Made by a program: the position numbers and the translations under genes. Below the pieces are notes generated by a model, which did no database searches, was not told the DNA's origin, and worked only from the letters and a program-made list of their open reading frames with translations. From Clostridia bacterium (lineage in GTDB: Bacteria > Bacillota > Clostridia > Oscillospirales > RGIG577), in the NCBI GenBank assembly GCA_017405765.1, contig JAFQZS010000042.1:687-64686 (forward strand): a stretch of 64,000 nucleotides of DNA, read 5' to 3'. Of the stretch, positions 10,473 through 22,397 are shown piece by piece (position 1 is the first letter of the stretch; each line of letters starts with the position of its first letter).

Positions 10473-11036
10473 TTACATACTGCTGTAATTCTTCGGTTCG
10501 TACATAACAACGGCTTTAAGGCTTTCAATAAGATATCCTTTTTTTAAAAGGCTCTCTTCTATCTCGTCAAGAAGCTCTTCGGACTTGGCTTCTATCGTAT
10601 GAAAATGATAGCCGTTCGTTATGTTTTTAAGAGGTGTGGATACGCCGCTCTTAAGGTCCGAAAGAAAATTGTCTATATCGCGCTTCGAGCCGATATCAAG
10701 CGGCTTTCGTATCGTGCCGTAGACCTTATGATCCACAAAAACGTCCATTACGCGGCCGCCCAGCTCGATTATAGAGACAAGTTCGTCCTCCGTCTGTTCA
10801 TCGGTATGGGTCACCTTAAAAACGCGGCGGCATTTGTCGGCGCGCAGCATAAGATAGCCCCTGCTCGTAGACATGAGGTTCGGGTGTCGGCTGCGCAGAA
10901 TTGCAATATCCGTCACTACGACCTGTCTGCTCACGCCGAACATATCGGCAAGGCAGCTTCCGGACAGCGGTACGGCGCTTGCTTCAATAGTCTGTAGTAT
11001 CCTGTTCCTTCTTTCTTCTGTCCTGAGCTTGCTCAA
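10473..11036 (-). CDS. niaR: NAD-biosynthesis transcriptional repressor NiaR (YrxA; HTH + 3H domain)
   Basis: 187 aa. N-terminal HTH (RRNRILQTIEASAVPLSGSCLADMFGVSRQVVVTDIAILRS). Last gene of the nadABC operon, as in Bacillus and Clostridium. Confidence 0.85.
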   Translation of the reverse strand: MSKLRTEERRNRILQTIEASAVPLSGSCLADMFGVSRQVVVTDIAILRSRHPNLMSTSRGYLMLRADKCRRVFKVTHTDEQTEDELVSIIELGGRVMDVFVDHKVYGTIRKPLDIGSKRDIDNFLSDLKSGVSTPLKNITNGYHFHTIEAKSEELLDEIEESLLKKGYLIESLKAVVMYEPKNYSSM

Positions 11037-11037
11037 T

Positions 11038-11892
11038 TCAACCCTCCTGCCTAAGATGCTTCATGGAAATATCGAGTATCGGCGCCGAATGCGTAAGGGC
11101 GCCGCTTGAGATATAGTCCACGCCGACGTCTTTCAACTTTGCAATGTTTTCTCTCGTAACATTTCCCGAACATTCGGTCTTTGCTCTTCCGTCTATAATG
11201 CGTATCGCCTCGGCCATGGTCGCGTGGTCCATATTGTCAAGCATTATTATATCTGCTCCCGCTTCAACGGCCTCTCTGACCATATCAAGATTTTCCGTTT
11301 CGACCTCTATTTTATGAACGAATGACGCATACGCCTTTGCCATAGCCACGGCCTTTTTAACTCCTCCCGCCGCCGCAATGTGATTGTCTTTAAGCATAAC
11401 GCCGTCGGAAAGATTGAATCTGTGATTTGAACCGCCGCCCGTGCGCACTGCGTATTTTTCAAACAGCCTGTTGTTGGGCGTAGTCTTTCTCGTATCGAGA
11501 AGCGTTGTTTTGCTTCCCTCGAGAAGCTTTACGACATCGCGCGTATAAGTCGCTATGCCGCTCATTCTCTGCAGATAATTAAGCGCCGTCCTCTCACCCG
11601 AAAGCAGCACGCGGATATCGGCGTGTACTACGGCGAGAAGCTGTCCCTCGCTCACCTCGTCGCCGTCGGAAACGAAAAACTCGGTGCGCGACTCGGGATC
11701 CAAAAGCGTAAATACGCGCGCGAAAACGGGAAGTCCCGCAATTATGCCCTTCTGCTTCGAAATAAGGTCAACGCATCCCGCGCATTTTTCGGGCATTACA
11801 CAGTTTGTGGAAATATCCTCGCTCGTAATATCCTCCTCAAGTGCCATCTTTATAAGTCTGTCAGCCTGGAGCTTTATCGTTATCTCGTTCAT
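11038..11892 (-). CDS. nadC: Nicotinate-nucleotide pyrophosphorylase (quinolinate phosphoribosyltransferase)
   Basis: 284 aa. Motifs LSGERTALNYLQRMSGIAT, DTRKTTP and MLDNM. The start overlaps the nadB stop (ATGA-type coupling at 11889-11892). Confidence 0.95.
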   Translation of the reverse strand: MNEITIKLQADRLIKMALEEDITSEDISTNCVMPEKCAGCVDLISKQKGIIAGLPVFARVFTLLDPESRTEFFVSDGDEVSEGQLLAVVHADIRVLLSGERTALNYLQRMSGIATYTRDVVKLLEGSKTTLLDTRKTTPNNRLFEKYAVRTGGGSNHRFNLSDGVMLKDNHIAAAGGVKKAVAMAKAYASFVHKIEVETENLDMVREAVEAGADIIMLDNMDHATMAEAIRIIDGRAKTECSGNVTRENIAKLKDVGVDYISSGALTHSAPILDISMKHLRQEG

Positions 11893-13226
11893 ATCTCTAT
11901 CCTTTCAACTTCCTTGAGAATACTTGCCTTATAATCTTCAAACAGTTTGCCCGTATTTCTGTAGCGCGTAAGATCCGTCTGCTTCGTCGCCTCGGGATCT
12001 ACCTTCTTGTCGTCAAACTCCTCGCGTATCCTGTTTGCCGCGCGTTGAGCGAACACGAGGCTTTCCAAAAGAGAATTGCTTGCAAGTCTGTTCGCGCCGT
12101 GTACGCCGTTGCAGCTCGTCTCGCCTACTGCGTAAAGCTGAGGCATGGAGGTCCTGCTGTCGCTGTTTACGTCCACGCCGCCCATAAAGTAATGCTGCGC
12201 GGGTACTACGGGAATAGGCTCCTTCGTTACGTCGTAGCCTTCTTTTAAGCACGTTTCGTAAATATTTCTGAAGTGGTGCAGTATGGTCTCCTTCGGTATG
12301 TTCTCCATAGAGAGCCAAACGTGCTTCTCGCCCGTTTTTTCCATTTCGGCGAATATCGCCTTGCTTACTACGTCTCTCGGCTGAAGCTCGTCTACGAAGC
12401 GTTCGCCTTTGCTGTTCAAAAGTATACCGCCCTCGCCTCTTACCGATTCGGAAATGAGAAACGATCTGCCCTTCTTGCCGGTGTAAAGCGTCGTCGGATG
12501 TATCTGAACGTATTCGGGGTCTCTAAGCCTTATGCCGTGCTTTATGGCTATGCCGAGCGCGTCGCCCGTAAGGTGCGGGAAGTTGGTCGAATGCTTGAAA
12601 AGCCCGCCTATGCCTCCGCACGCCCATACGACCTCCTTGGCTTCCATCGCAAGTATTAGCCTTCCGTCGTCCGTCTCGGGGCCGCTGAAGCTCATTCCCA
12701 GCTCGCTGTCGGGATTTACAAGCGCTACTATGCCCTGACAGTGGCCGTCGGAAACTATTATGTCAACCATTGTCGTATGCTCATACAGAGTTACGTTGGG
12801 CAGCTTCTGTACCGCCTCAAGCAGAGTGCTCGTTATCTCCTTGCCCGTAACGTCCTCGTGGAAGAGTATGCGCGGGGCCGAATGAGCGCCCTCCTTCGTA
12901 AAGATAAGCTCTCCGTTCTTATCTCTTTCAAATTCAACGCCGTAGCTAACAAGATCCTTTATAAGCTCCCTTGAGGACCTTATCATAATATCGACGGAGC
13001 TTCTGTCGTTCTGATAATGTCCCGCTCTTAGGGTGTCTTCATAATATGCATCGTAATCCTGCTCGTTTAACAGCACGCAGATGCCGCCTTGCGCGAGCCA
13101 CGAATCGCATTCCTCAAGACCTGCCTTCGTTATGACAGTTACGTGCTTGTCATGCGGCAGCTTGAGCGCGCAGTAAAGGCCTGCCACGCCGCTGCCTACT
13201 ATAAGAATATCGGTTTTGTAACTCAT
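11889..13226 (-). CDS. nadB: L-aspartate oxidase
   Basis: 445 aa. FAD dinucleotide fold DILIVGSGVAGLYCA, and HPT and GANRLASNSLLE motifs of the NadB/succinate dehydrogenase flavoprotein family. Confidence 0.95.
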   Translation of the reverse strand: MSYKTDILIVGSGVAGLYCALKLPHDKHVTVITKAGLEECDSWLAQGGICVLLNEQDYDAYYEDTLRAGHYQNDRSSVDIMIRSSRELIKDLVSYGVEFERDKNGELIFTKEGAHSAPRILFHEDVTGKEITSTLLEAVQKLPNVTLYEHTTMVDIIVSDGHCQGIVALVNPDSELGMSFSGPETDDGRLILAMEAKEVVWACGGIGGLFKHSTNFPHLTGDALGIAIKHGIRLRDPEYVQIHPTTLYTGKKGRSFLISESVRGEGGILLNSKGERFVDELQPRDVVSKAIFAEMEKTGEKHVWLSMENIPKETILHHFRNIYETCLKEGYDVTKEPIPVVPAQHYFMGGVDVNSDSRTSMPQLYAVGETSCNGVHGANRLASNSLLESLVFAQRAANRIREEFDDKKVDPEATKQTDLTRYRNTGKLFEDYKASILKEVERIEI

Positions 13227-13254
13227 TGTCGCATCTCCTTAGATCCGGACCCCG

Positions 13255-14163
13255 TTATTTGGCGCCGAGCCTGAGCATTTCATCGAGAGACTTCTGCGCC
13301 TTTAATCTTACGTCGTCCGGAACGTACGCCTTCGGCTCGTTGTTCCTTAAGCAGTCGGCCACCTTCTGAAGCGTCAGCTTTTTCATATCCTCGCATATTC
13401 TGTCATCTATAAAGTGAAACTCTTTGTCGGGATTTTGTTTTTTGAGCTTGTGAAGAACGCCCGTTTCCGTGCCGATTATGAATTCTTTGTCGCTGCTTTT
13501 CGTCGCGTAATCGATAATTCCGCTCGTGCTGCCGACGTAATCCGCCATACGGCTTACCTCAAGCGGACATTCGGGATGAACTAGCACCTTTGCGCCCGGA
13601 TACTTCGCTTTGTATCTCTTTACGTCCTCGGGCTTTATCTCGTGATGAATGGGGCAGTAGCCTTTGCCGAATATGAAGTTCTTTTCGGGTACCTGCGCGG
13701 CTATCCAGCTGCCCAGGTTCTGGTCGGGTATAAAATAAATATTCTTCTGGGGCAGCTTTCTTACGATGTCAAGCGCGTTTGACGACGTAACGCATACGTC
13801 AACTAGCGCCTTCGTCGCCGCCATTGAATTTATATAGCATACGACGGCCAGATCGTCGTATTCTTTACGCATTTTCGCTATCTCTTCCTCATCGACCATA
13901 AGCGCCATCGGGCATACTGCGTCTATATCGGGCATAAGCACGGTCTTTTCGGGGTCGAGGATACACGCGCTTTCGCCCATGAACGTAACGCCGCAGAAAA
14001 CGATAGTTCTGTTTTTTACCTGCTTTGCTATCTTCGCAAGATAAAACGAATCTCCCACGTAGTCCGCGATATCCTGCAAAGCGCCGTCAACGTAATAATG
14101 CGCTAAGATGACCGCGTCCCTCTCCTTCGCCAGACGGCGTATCTCATTTATCACTTTTTCCAT
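13255..14163 (-). CDS. nadA: Quinolinate synthase
   Basis: 302 aa. ILAHYY, VHPECP and three-fold repeat architecture typical of NadA. First gene of the operon. Confidence 0.95.
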   Translation of the reverse strand: MEKVINEIRRLAKERDAVILAHYYVDGALQDIADYVGDSFYLAKIAKQVKNRTIVFCGVTFMGESACILDPEKTVLMPDIDAVCPMALMVDEEEIAKMRKEYDDLAVVCYINSMAATKALVDVCVTSSNALDIVRKLPQKNIYFIPDQNLGSWIAAQVPEKNFIFGKGYCPIHHEIKPEDVKRYKAKYPGAKVLVHPECPLEVSRMADYVGSTSGIIDYATKSSDKEFIIGTETGVLHKLKKQNPDKEFHFIDDRICEDMKKLTLQKVADCLRNNEPKAYVPDDVRLKAQKSLDEMLRLGAK

Positions 14164-14208
14164 GCCTTTACCTCTTTTCTGAAAAAACGTAGTTGTCGTG
14201 TTAAGTGC

Positions 14209-14237
14209 ATAGTATCACATAGAAACAAAGCTGTCAA
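14209..14237 (-). promoter_or_regulatory. nadA operon promoter
   Basis: Minus strand reads TTGACA (14237-14232), a 17-nt spacer, then TACTAT (14214-14209), about 45 nt upstream of the nadA ATG. Confidence 0.65.
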
Positions 14238-14246
14238 GACAGCTGT
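14227..14246. promoter_or_regulatory. Candidate NiaR operator
   Basis: 20-bp near-palindrome aAGCTGTCaaGACAGCTgt (16/20 symmetric positions). The core TGTC-aa-GACA overlaps the -35 of the nadA promoter. Confidence 0.5.
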
Positions 14247-14316
14247 AAAAAATATTTTAGACAACATGCAATATCAACAGGTCTTCTGCGCTTTTTGCTA
14301 ATTTCTTTTTTTACGG

Positions 14317-14345
14317 TTGACAAGCGCAAAAATAGATAATATAAT
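14317..14345 (+). promoter_or_regulatory. Promoter of the T-box/ilvC-leu operon
   Basis: Consensus TTGACA (14317-14322), a 17-nt spacer, then TATAAT (14340-14345). Confidence 0.75.
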
Positions 14346-14351
14346 GATTTC

Positions 14352-15736
<1,385 letters not shown>

Positions 15737-15853
15737 AACCAAAACGCGCCGTTTTAACGGTCGAAGGCGACGCTTTATATCATAATACGCTTATATATGC
15801 CCGCTCCCGCGCATACGCTTGCCGCTTTTGGGCAGAGATAAGGAGGTAAAATC

Positions 15854-17512
15854 ATGGTAAACGCAAAAAAATATACCCGCCAGTTCTTCCCCGTGAAGAA
15901 CCCGCAGAGAAAATGGGCCGACAAACCGTATGTAGACCGTGCGCCGATATGGTGCTCCGTTGACCTGCGCGACGGCAACCAGTCGCTCATAACGCCTATG
16001 AGCCTCTCTGAAAAGCTCGACTTTTTCGAGCTTCTCGTTAAGATAGGCTTCAAGGAGATCGAAGTGGGCTTTCCGGCGGCTTCCGATACGGAATATACGT
16101 TTTTAAGAACGCTCATCGAGAAAAACATGATACCCGACGACGTGACCGTTCAGGTATTGACGCAGAGCCGCGAGCACATCATAAGAAAGACGTTCGAAGC
16201 GCTCGAGGGCTGCAAAAACGCGGTAGTCCATCTTTACAATTCGACCTCTCTCGCACAGCGCGAGCAGGTCTTTAAAAAGCCGAAATCGGAGATAATAGAT
16301 ATAGCGATAGAAGGCGCAAAGCTGTTTGAAAAGATAGCTGCGGAAACGGGCGCAAAGTACCGCTATGAATATTCGCCCGAGTCGTTCACCGGCACCGAGC
16401 CGGAGTTCGCACTCGAGATATGCAACGCCGTTTTGGACGTATGGAAGCCCACCGCAGACAGAAAGGCCATAATAAACCTGCCCGTAACGGTAGAGCTTTC
16501 TTCGCCGCACGTTTACGCGGATCAGGTCGAATATATGTGCGACAACTTAAAGTACAGAGAAAATGTGATCGTTTCCCTTCACCCGCATAACGACCGCGGC
16601 TGCGCCGTGGCAGATTCGGAGCTGGGGCTTTTGGCCGGCGCCGACAGGATAGAAGGCACGCTCTTCGGAAACGGCGAGCGCACCGGCAATGTGGATATAG
16701 TCACGCTCGCGCTGAATCTCTACACGCACGGCGTTGAACCGGGGCTTGATTTTACCGATATGCCGTCGATCGCAAGCCTCTACGAGAGAGTGACGCGCAT
16801 GCAGGTCTACGACCGCCAGCCTTACTCCGGAAAGCTTGTGTTCGCGGCGTTCTCCGGTTCGCATCAGGACGCCATCGCAAAGGGCATGAAGTGGCGCGAG
16901 GAGAAGAACATCGAAACGTGGACCGTACCGTATCTGCCGCTCGACCCGAACGACGTGGGCAGGGTGTACGAGACGGACGTTATCCGCATAAATTCGCAGT
17001 CCGGCAAGGGCGGCATAGGATACCTTCTCGAGAACAACTTCGGATACATACTTCCCGCAGCTATGCGCGAGGAGGTCGGCTATACGGTAAAGCGCGCGTC
17101 CGACGTGGCGCACGCAGAGCTCTCGCCCGCAGAGGTGCTCGACGTATTCACGAAGGAATACGTGAATGTGAACGCGCCGCTTAAGCTTATCGATTATCAC
17201 TTCAAGCGCACGCCCGAGATACACGTCGTAGTCACCGTAGAACAGGACGGCGTAGTGAAGGATATAACGGCAACGGGCAACGGCAGACTTGACGCCGTGA
17301 GCAACGCGATAAAGCAGCAGCTCGGCATAAAGTACTCGCAGATGACGTACGACGAGCACGCGCTTTCAAAGGGCTCGTTCTCACAGGCGATAACTTACCT
17401 GAGCATCACGCTGCCCGACGGCAAAAAGGTTTGGGGCGCGGGCATAAACGACGATATAATCGCGTCGTCGATAAACGCGCTGTTCTCCGCCCTCAACCGC
17501 AGAGATAAATAA
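15854..17512 (+). CDS. leuA: 2-isopropylmalate synthase (long form)
   Basis: 552 aa. DLRDGNQS and HPHNDRG catalytic motifs and a C-terminal LeuA dimerisation/regulatory domain. Confidence 0.93.
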   Translation: MVNAKKYTRQFFPVKNPQRKWADKPYVDRAPIWCSVDLRDGNQSLITPMSLSEKLDFFELLVKIGFKEIEVGFPAASDTEYTFLRTLIEKNMIPDDVTVQVLTQSREHIIRKTFEALEGCKNAVVHLYNSTSLAQREQVFKKPKSEIIDIAIEGAKLFEKIAAETGAKYRYEYSPESFTGTEPEFALEICNAVLDVWKPTADRKAIINLPVTVELSSPHVYADQVEYMCDNLKYRENVIVSLHPHNDRGCAVADSELGLLAGADRIEGTLFGNGERTGNVDIVTLALNLYTHGVEPGLDFTDMPSIASLYERVTRMQVYDRQPYSGKLVFAAFSGSHQDAIAKGMKWREEKNIETWTVPYLPLDPNDVGRVYETDVIRINSQSGKGGIGYLLENNFGYILPAAMREEVGYTVKRASDVAHAELSPAEVLDVFTKEYVNVNAPLKLIDYHFKRTPEIHVVVTVEQDGVVKDITATGNGRLDAVSNAIKQQLGIKYSQMTYDEHALSKGSFSQAITYLSITLPDGKKVWGAGINDDIIASSINALFSALNRRDK

Positions 17513-17526
17513 GGAGGAAAAAATAT

Positions 17527-18786
17527 ATGGGAATGACCATGACTCAAAAGATATTAGCCGCGCACGCGGGGCTAGAGCACGTTACTGCCGGACAGCTCAT
17601 AAACGCGAAGCTCGACATAGTGCTGGGCAACGACATAACGACGCCCGTTGCGATAAACGAGTTCAACAAGGCCGGCTTTGACAAGGTCTTCGACAAGGAC
17701 AAGGTGGCGATAGTTTTGGACCACTTCGTACCGAACAAAGACATAAAGGCGGCTACTCAGTCGAAGCAGTGCCGCAATTTCGCCTGCTCGCACTGCGTTA
17801 GCCACTTCTACGACGTCGGCAAGATGGGCGTAGAGCACGCGCTTCTGCCCGAGCAGGGCGTAGTTACCGCAGGCGACTGCATCATAGGCGCCGACAGCCA
17901 CACCTGCACCTACGGCGCTTTGGGCGCGTTCTCCACGGGCGTGGGCAGCACCGACATGGCCGCCGGAATGGCCACGGGCATGGCATGGTTCAAGGTGCCG
18001 TCGGCAATAAAGTTCAACCTTACGGGAAAACTTCCGAAAAACTGCGGCGGCAAGGACGTAATACTTACGATAATCGGCATGATAGGCGTTGACGGCGCGC
18101 TCTATAAGAGCATGGAGTTCGTGGGCGACGGCGTAAAGAACCTTACGATGGACGACCGCCTCTGCATCTGCAACATGGCGATAGAGGCAGGTGCGAAGAA
18201 CGGCATATTCCCTGTTGACGACGTGACTATGGCATACCTTACGGGCAGAAGCGAAAGAGAGCCCGTCGTATATGCGGCCGACCCCGACGCAGAATACGAA
18301 AAAACGATAGACATCGACCTTTCGGCTATACGCCCGACGGTAAGCTGTCCGCATCTTCCCGAAAACACGCGCCCGGCAGCCGAGCTTTCCGATATAAAGA
18401 TAGACCAGGTAGTAATAGGAAGCTGCACGAACGGACGCATGGAGGATATGGAGAACGCCTATAAGGTACTCAAGGGCAACAAGGTTGCAGACGGCGTTCG
18501 CTGCATCATAATCCCCGCAACGATGCAGATAATGAAGGAATGCATCGAGAGAGGCTACGTCACCGCCTTCATGGAGGCGGGAGCCGTAGTATCAACGCCC
18601 ACCTGCGGCCCGTGCTTAGGCGGCTATATGGGCATACTTGCGGCGGGCGAACGCTGCGTTGCAACGACGAACCGCAACTTCGTGGGACGCATGGGCCACG
18701 TTGACAGCGAGGTATATCTCGCAAGCCCGCAGACGGCGGCTCAAAGCGCGCTTACGGGCCATATCACCGCTCCGAAGGAGGTATAA
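17527..18786 (+). CDS. leuC: 3-isopropylmalate dehydratase large subunit
   Basis: 419 aa. Aconitase-family Fe-S ligand regions GADSHT and GSCTNGR...CGPCLG. Confidence 0.95.
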   Translation: MGMTMTQKILAAHAGLEHVTAGQLINAKLDIVLGNDITTPVAINEFNKAGFDKVFDKDKVAIVLDHFVPNKDIKAATQSKQCRNFACSHCVSHFYDVGKMGVEHALLPEQGVVTAGDCIIGADSHTCTYGALGAFSTGVGSTDMAAGMATGMAWFKVPSAIKFNLTGKLPKNCGGKDVILTIIGMIGVDGALYKSMEFVGDGVKNLTMDDRLCICNMAIEAGAKNGIFPVDDVTMAYLTGRSEREPVVYAADPDAEYEKTIDIDLSAIRPTVSCPHLPENTRPAAELSDIKIDQVVIGSCTNGRMEDMENAYKVLKGNKVADGVRCIIIPATMQIMKECIERGYVTAFMEAGAVVSTPTCGPCLGGYMGILAAGERCVATTNRNFVGRMGHVDSEVYLASPQTAAQSALTGHITAPKEV

Positions 18787-18788
18787 GA

Positions 18789-19277
18789 ATGAATACTCAG
18801 GGAAAAGTTTTCAAATATCCCGATAACGTAGATACCGACGTTATCATACCGGCGCGATACTTAAACAGCTCCGATGCGAAGGAGCTCGCGCAGCACTGCA
18901 TGGAGGATATCGACGCGGATTTCGTAAACAAAGTAAAGGCGGGCGACGTTATGGTGGCCGGCTGGAACTTCGGCTGCGGCTCCTCGCGCGAGCACGCCCC
19001 CCTCGTTATAAAAACGTGCGAGACGGGCTGCGTTATAGCAAAGAGCTTTGCGCGCATATTCTACAGAAACGCGATAAACATCGGTCTCCCCATTTTGGAA
19101 TGCCCCGAGGCTGCCGAGGAGATAAATGCCGGCGACGAGGTGAGCGTTGACTTTACAACGGGCGTAATAACCGATATTACGACTGGCAAGACGTATAAGG
19201 CGCAGCCTTTCCCCGAATTTATACAGAATATAATCGAAAAGGGCGGACTTTTAAAGTCGCTGAAGGAGAAGGAATAA
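18789..19277 (+). CDS. leuD: 3-isopropylmalate dehydratase small subunit
   Basis: 162 aa. [13 protein letters not shown] swivel-domain motif. Starts 3 nt after leuC. Confidence 0.95.
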   Translation: MNTQGKVFKYPDNVDTDVIIPARYLNSSDAKELAQHCMEDIDADFVNKVKAGDVMVAGWNFGCGSSREHAPLVIKTCETGCVIAKSFARIFYRNAINIGLPILECPEAAEEINAGDEVSVDFTTGVITDITTGKTYKAQPFPEFIQNIIEKGGLLKSLKEKE

Positions 19278-20348
19278 ATGAACAAAAAGATCACAGTGCT
19301 TTCGGGCGACGGCATAGGTCCCGAGATCATGGCGCAGGCAATAAAAGTGCTTGACAAAATAGGCGAAAAATACGGCCACAAATTTGAATATACCTACGTT
19401 GACATCGGAGGCTGCTCGATAGACAAATACGGCGTGCCGATAACCGACGAGGGCATGGAAAAGTGCAAAGCGTCCGACAGCGTGCTCCTCGGCGCGGTAG
19501 GCGGCCCCAAGTGGGACGGCTGCCCCGCAGACGTCCGCCCCGAAAAGGCGCTTTTGGCAGTAAGAAAGGAGCTTGAGCTCTTTGCAAACTTACGCCCCAC
19601 AAAGCTCTTTTTGCAGCTTGCCGACGCATCGCCCTTAAAGAGCGAGATAACGAAGAACGGCATAGACCTGCTTATAGTAAGAGAGCTTACGGGCGGCGTA
19701 TACTTCGGCCCCAAGAAGACCGAAGAGGTGAACGGCGAGCTTGTTGCGACAGACGTTATGCCCTACTCCGAGCATGAGATAGAGCGCATAGGCAGAGTTG
19801 CGTTCGAGACGGCGATGAAGCGTAACAAGAAGCTTGCAAGCGTTGATAAGGCGAACGTAATAGAGACGTCGCGCCTTTGGAGAAAGGTGATGCACAGGCT
19901 GAGCGAGGAGTATCCCGAGGTGCAGTACAGCGACGTGCTCGTTGACAACGCCGCAATGCAGCTTATAAAGAACCCGACTCAGTTTGACGTTATCGTGACC
20001 GAGAACATGTTCGGCGACATCCTCTCCGACGAGGCGTCCATGCTCACGGGCTCCATCGGCATGATGCCGTCGGCGTCGCTGTCTTCCGGCACGCGCGGCA
20101 TGTACGAGCCGATACACGGCTCCGCGCCCGACATCGCGGGCAAGGACCTGGCAAATCCGCTTGGAACGATACTTTCCGTTGCGATGATGCTTCGCTACTC
20201 GTTCGATATGGCGAAGGAGGCCGACGACATAGAGGCGGCCGTAAACGACGTGCTCGACGAGGGATACCGCACCGCGGACATAATGCAGGACGGCGCAAAG
20301 CGCGTTTCCTGCACCGAAATGGGCGCGCTCGTTCTTAAGAAGCTGTAA
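19278..20348 (+). CDS. leuB: 3-isopropylmalate dehydrogenase
   Basis: 356 aa. GDGIGPEI and NMFGDILSDEASMLTGSIGM motifs. The ATG directly abuts the leuD stop. Confidence 0.95.
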   Translation: MNKKITVLSGDGIGPEIMAQAIKVLDKIGEKYGHKFEYTYVDIGGCSIDKYGVPITDEGMEKCKASDSVLLGAVGGPKWDGCPADVRPEKALLAVRKELELFANLRPTKLFLQLADASPLKSEITKNGIDLLIVRELTGGVYFGPKKTEEVNGELVATDVMPYSEHEIERIGRVAFETAMKRNKKLASVDKANVIETSRLWRKVMHRLSEEYPEVQYSDVLVDNAAMQLIKNPTQFDVIVTENMFGDILSDEASMLTGSIGMMPSASLSSGTRGMYEPIHGSAPDIAGKDLANPLGTILSVAMMLRYSFDMAKEADDIEAAVNDVLDEGYRTADIMQDGAKRVSCTEMGALVLKKL

Positions 20349-20376
20349 AAAACGATAAAAAATGCGATATTTCAAA

Positions 20377-20416
20377 GCACCTGCCGGCAGAAAGCGCACG
20401 GCGGGTGCTTTTTTTT
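20377..20416 (+). terminator. Intrinsic terminator of the ilvC-leu operon
   Basis: gcacctgccg/cggcgggtgc stem followed by tttttttt. Confidence 0.8.
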
Positions 20417-20572
20417 AAAAAACACCCTTTCTCTTGCATTGCGGGATCTAATATGGTAAGCTGAAAATATATAATGGAAATATTTTGGTGTTCAGGGTTT
20501 TTGTCAAAATATCGTAAAACTCAAATGTGGACAAGAAGATACTTAAGTCACGCACATGATAAGGAGGACTGC

Positions 20573-22201
20573 ATGAAAAATAAGATTATTTGTATGATGA
20601 TCGCGCTGTGCATGATACTTGCCATGCTGCCCTCATTCGGAATGGCGAGCGGCATATCCGTGATGCGATCCCGCACGGACGAAGCTGCGGGAGAAGCTAT
20701 ACTATATTCCCTTTCAGACGGTGTGCTGACTGTTTCTGGCAGCGTTTCGGAAAGCGCCCCCGCATATGCGGCAGTCTACGACAAAAACGGGAAAATGATA
20801 TCTATAAATGTTTTAAGCTCACCCGGGGCGATAGACGTAAGCTTGGGCGACAGCGTGAAGCTCATCTGGCTCAACGCGGGCACATTCACGGCGAAGACCG
20901 AATGCACCCAAATGCCCTCAGACGGCGGGAAAATCGTTCCGGATGAAGGCTTCTTCGTACTTACGAAACTTTCGTCATCCGCTTCGGGCGTCGGTGACCA
21001 AAGCGAAAGCTTTACGGCTTACGGATACAACGAAAACGGCAAGCTTACGGAATTTTCAATAAAAGCAGACGACAGCGGCGGACTTGATGAATACTTAACG
21101 GGCAACGGCCAAAGCAAAACACGGGCAGACGCTCCGCTGACATATCAGGAGCTTCGTTCTGCCTTTGACGAGGCTCAGGCCGCAAGCGGTATGCCTTACG
21201 CGCTCTGCGAATACATAACGGACGATCTCGGCCGCATCGCTTCGCTCAGTATATACGGAAACACTCTGGATATCGTCGATACGTCGGGAAGTTATTCCGC
21301 GTATTACAACAGCACAACGAAAATGCTCAAAAACAAATATCGTTTTACCGACAAGACGCTTGTGTTCGCGACCGACGCGACGGGCGACACTGTCAGCGTG
21401 CTTACCGGCGTATATCCGCACTTTACCGGGAAAAGCGCCGCAATAGTAGGCTATAAAATGAATGCGAACAACACTGTTGCCGCCATGATAACGATACGTG
21501 ATTGGAAAGAGGCGCAAAACTCCGATACGAGAGACATTATAGGCTACCTTAAATCTATAGAACGATACGCTGACCACTACGAATACACCATCGCCTTCGG
21601 CGACAACGCATCGACGATCCTTTCAAGCCGCACAGGCGACGTCGACGCCATCATAGCAGATGACGATCTCTTCACGACCGACGACTGGATAACTCAGATG
21701 GGCCGTAATGCCGGCATGATCATGTTCAATATAAGCAGCCGGGGCAATATAGAGAAAATGCGGGCTCTCACCACCGCCGCTATGACTACCACCCCAAGCG
21801 GACAGGGCAGCGAGTATCTTGCGGCATTTATGGTCGTGGATATCGACAGCGCGAAGAACACGCTTGTCCTTCGTCCCCTTTCAAACGCTTATGTAAACTC
21901 ATCCGGCAAACCTATAAGCGGCGCATACAGTTGGAGCGACGAGGAAGTCGCGGGCATATTCGCAGAGTATAACGCAGGCGCGAACAAGGCCTTCTACCTT
22001 GCGAAAAACGCGAATGTATTCATAATAGATCCGCATACCACGAACCAAGCAGGCACGAAGCTCGGCACTCTTTCGGACCTTATTCCCGCATCGGTGAACG
22101 GCTCGGGCAGCATAACCGAAGGAATGGTCGTAACTCTCGCTTACAACGGCACCAGCAAAAGAGTCGTTTCAATATTCGTAAACAAGGAGCTTGTTAAATA
22201 A
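20573..22201 (+). CDS. Secreted protein of unknown function
   Basis: Start refined to ATG 20573 (AAGGAGGA SD at 20561-20568; signal peptide MKNKIICMMIALCMILAMLPSFGMASG). The N-terminal region carries the shared YDxxG...W module. The rest has no motif I recognise. Confidence 0.75.
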   Translation: MKNKIICMMIALCMILAMLPSFGMASGISVMRSRTDEAAGEAILYSLSDGVLTVSGSVSESAPAYAAVYDKNGKMISINVLSSPGAIDVSLGDSVKLIWLNAGTFTAKTECTQMPSDGGKIVPDEGFFVLTKLSSSASGVGDQSESFTAYGYNENGKLTEFSIKADDSGGLDEYLTGNGQSKTRADAPLTYQELRSAFDEAQAASGMPYALCEYITDDLGRIASLSIYGNTLDIVDTSGSYSAYYNSTTKMLKNKYRFTDKTLVFATDATGDTVSVLTGVYPHFTGKSAAIVGYKMNANNTVAAMITIRDWKEAQNSDTRDIIGYLKSIERYADHYEYTIAFGDNASTILSSRTGDVDAIIADDDLFTTDDWITQMGRNAGMIMFNISSRGNIEKMRALTTAAMTTTPSGQGSEYLAAFMVVDIDSAKNTLVLRPLSNAYVNSSGKPISGAYSWSDEEVAGIFAEYNAGANKAFYLAKNANVFIIDPHTTNQAGTKLGTLSDLIPASVNGSGSITEGMVVTLAYNGTSKRVVSIFVNKELVK

Positions 22202-22238
22202 GCCGATCCGCTCCTTCGTATATGAAATAATGCACATG

Positions 22239-22274
22239 ATCCCCGCAGACGAAACGTTCTGCGGGGATTCTTAT
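22239..22274 (+). terminator. Probable intrinsic terminator
   Basis: Perfect 11-bp stem atccccgcaga/tctgcggggat, then a weak U-tract (tcttat). Confidence 0.55.
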
Positions 22275-22397
22275 ACAAAATCGCGCAAAATGTTGAAAGT
22301 ATGCTTTTGTCTTTAGTAAAATAAAAGTATAAGCATGAAAAAACGGGTGCGAAGCCCCTTCGGGCTTCCTCTTTAACGAAGAAAGGGAGGCGACTTT

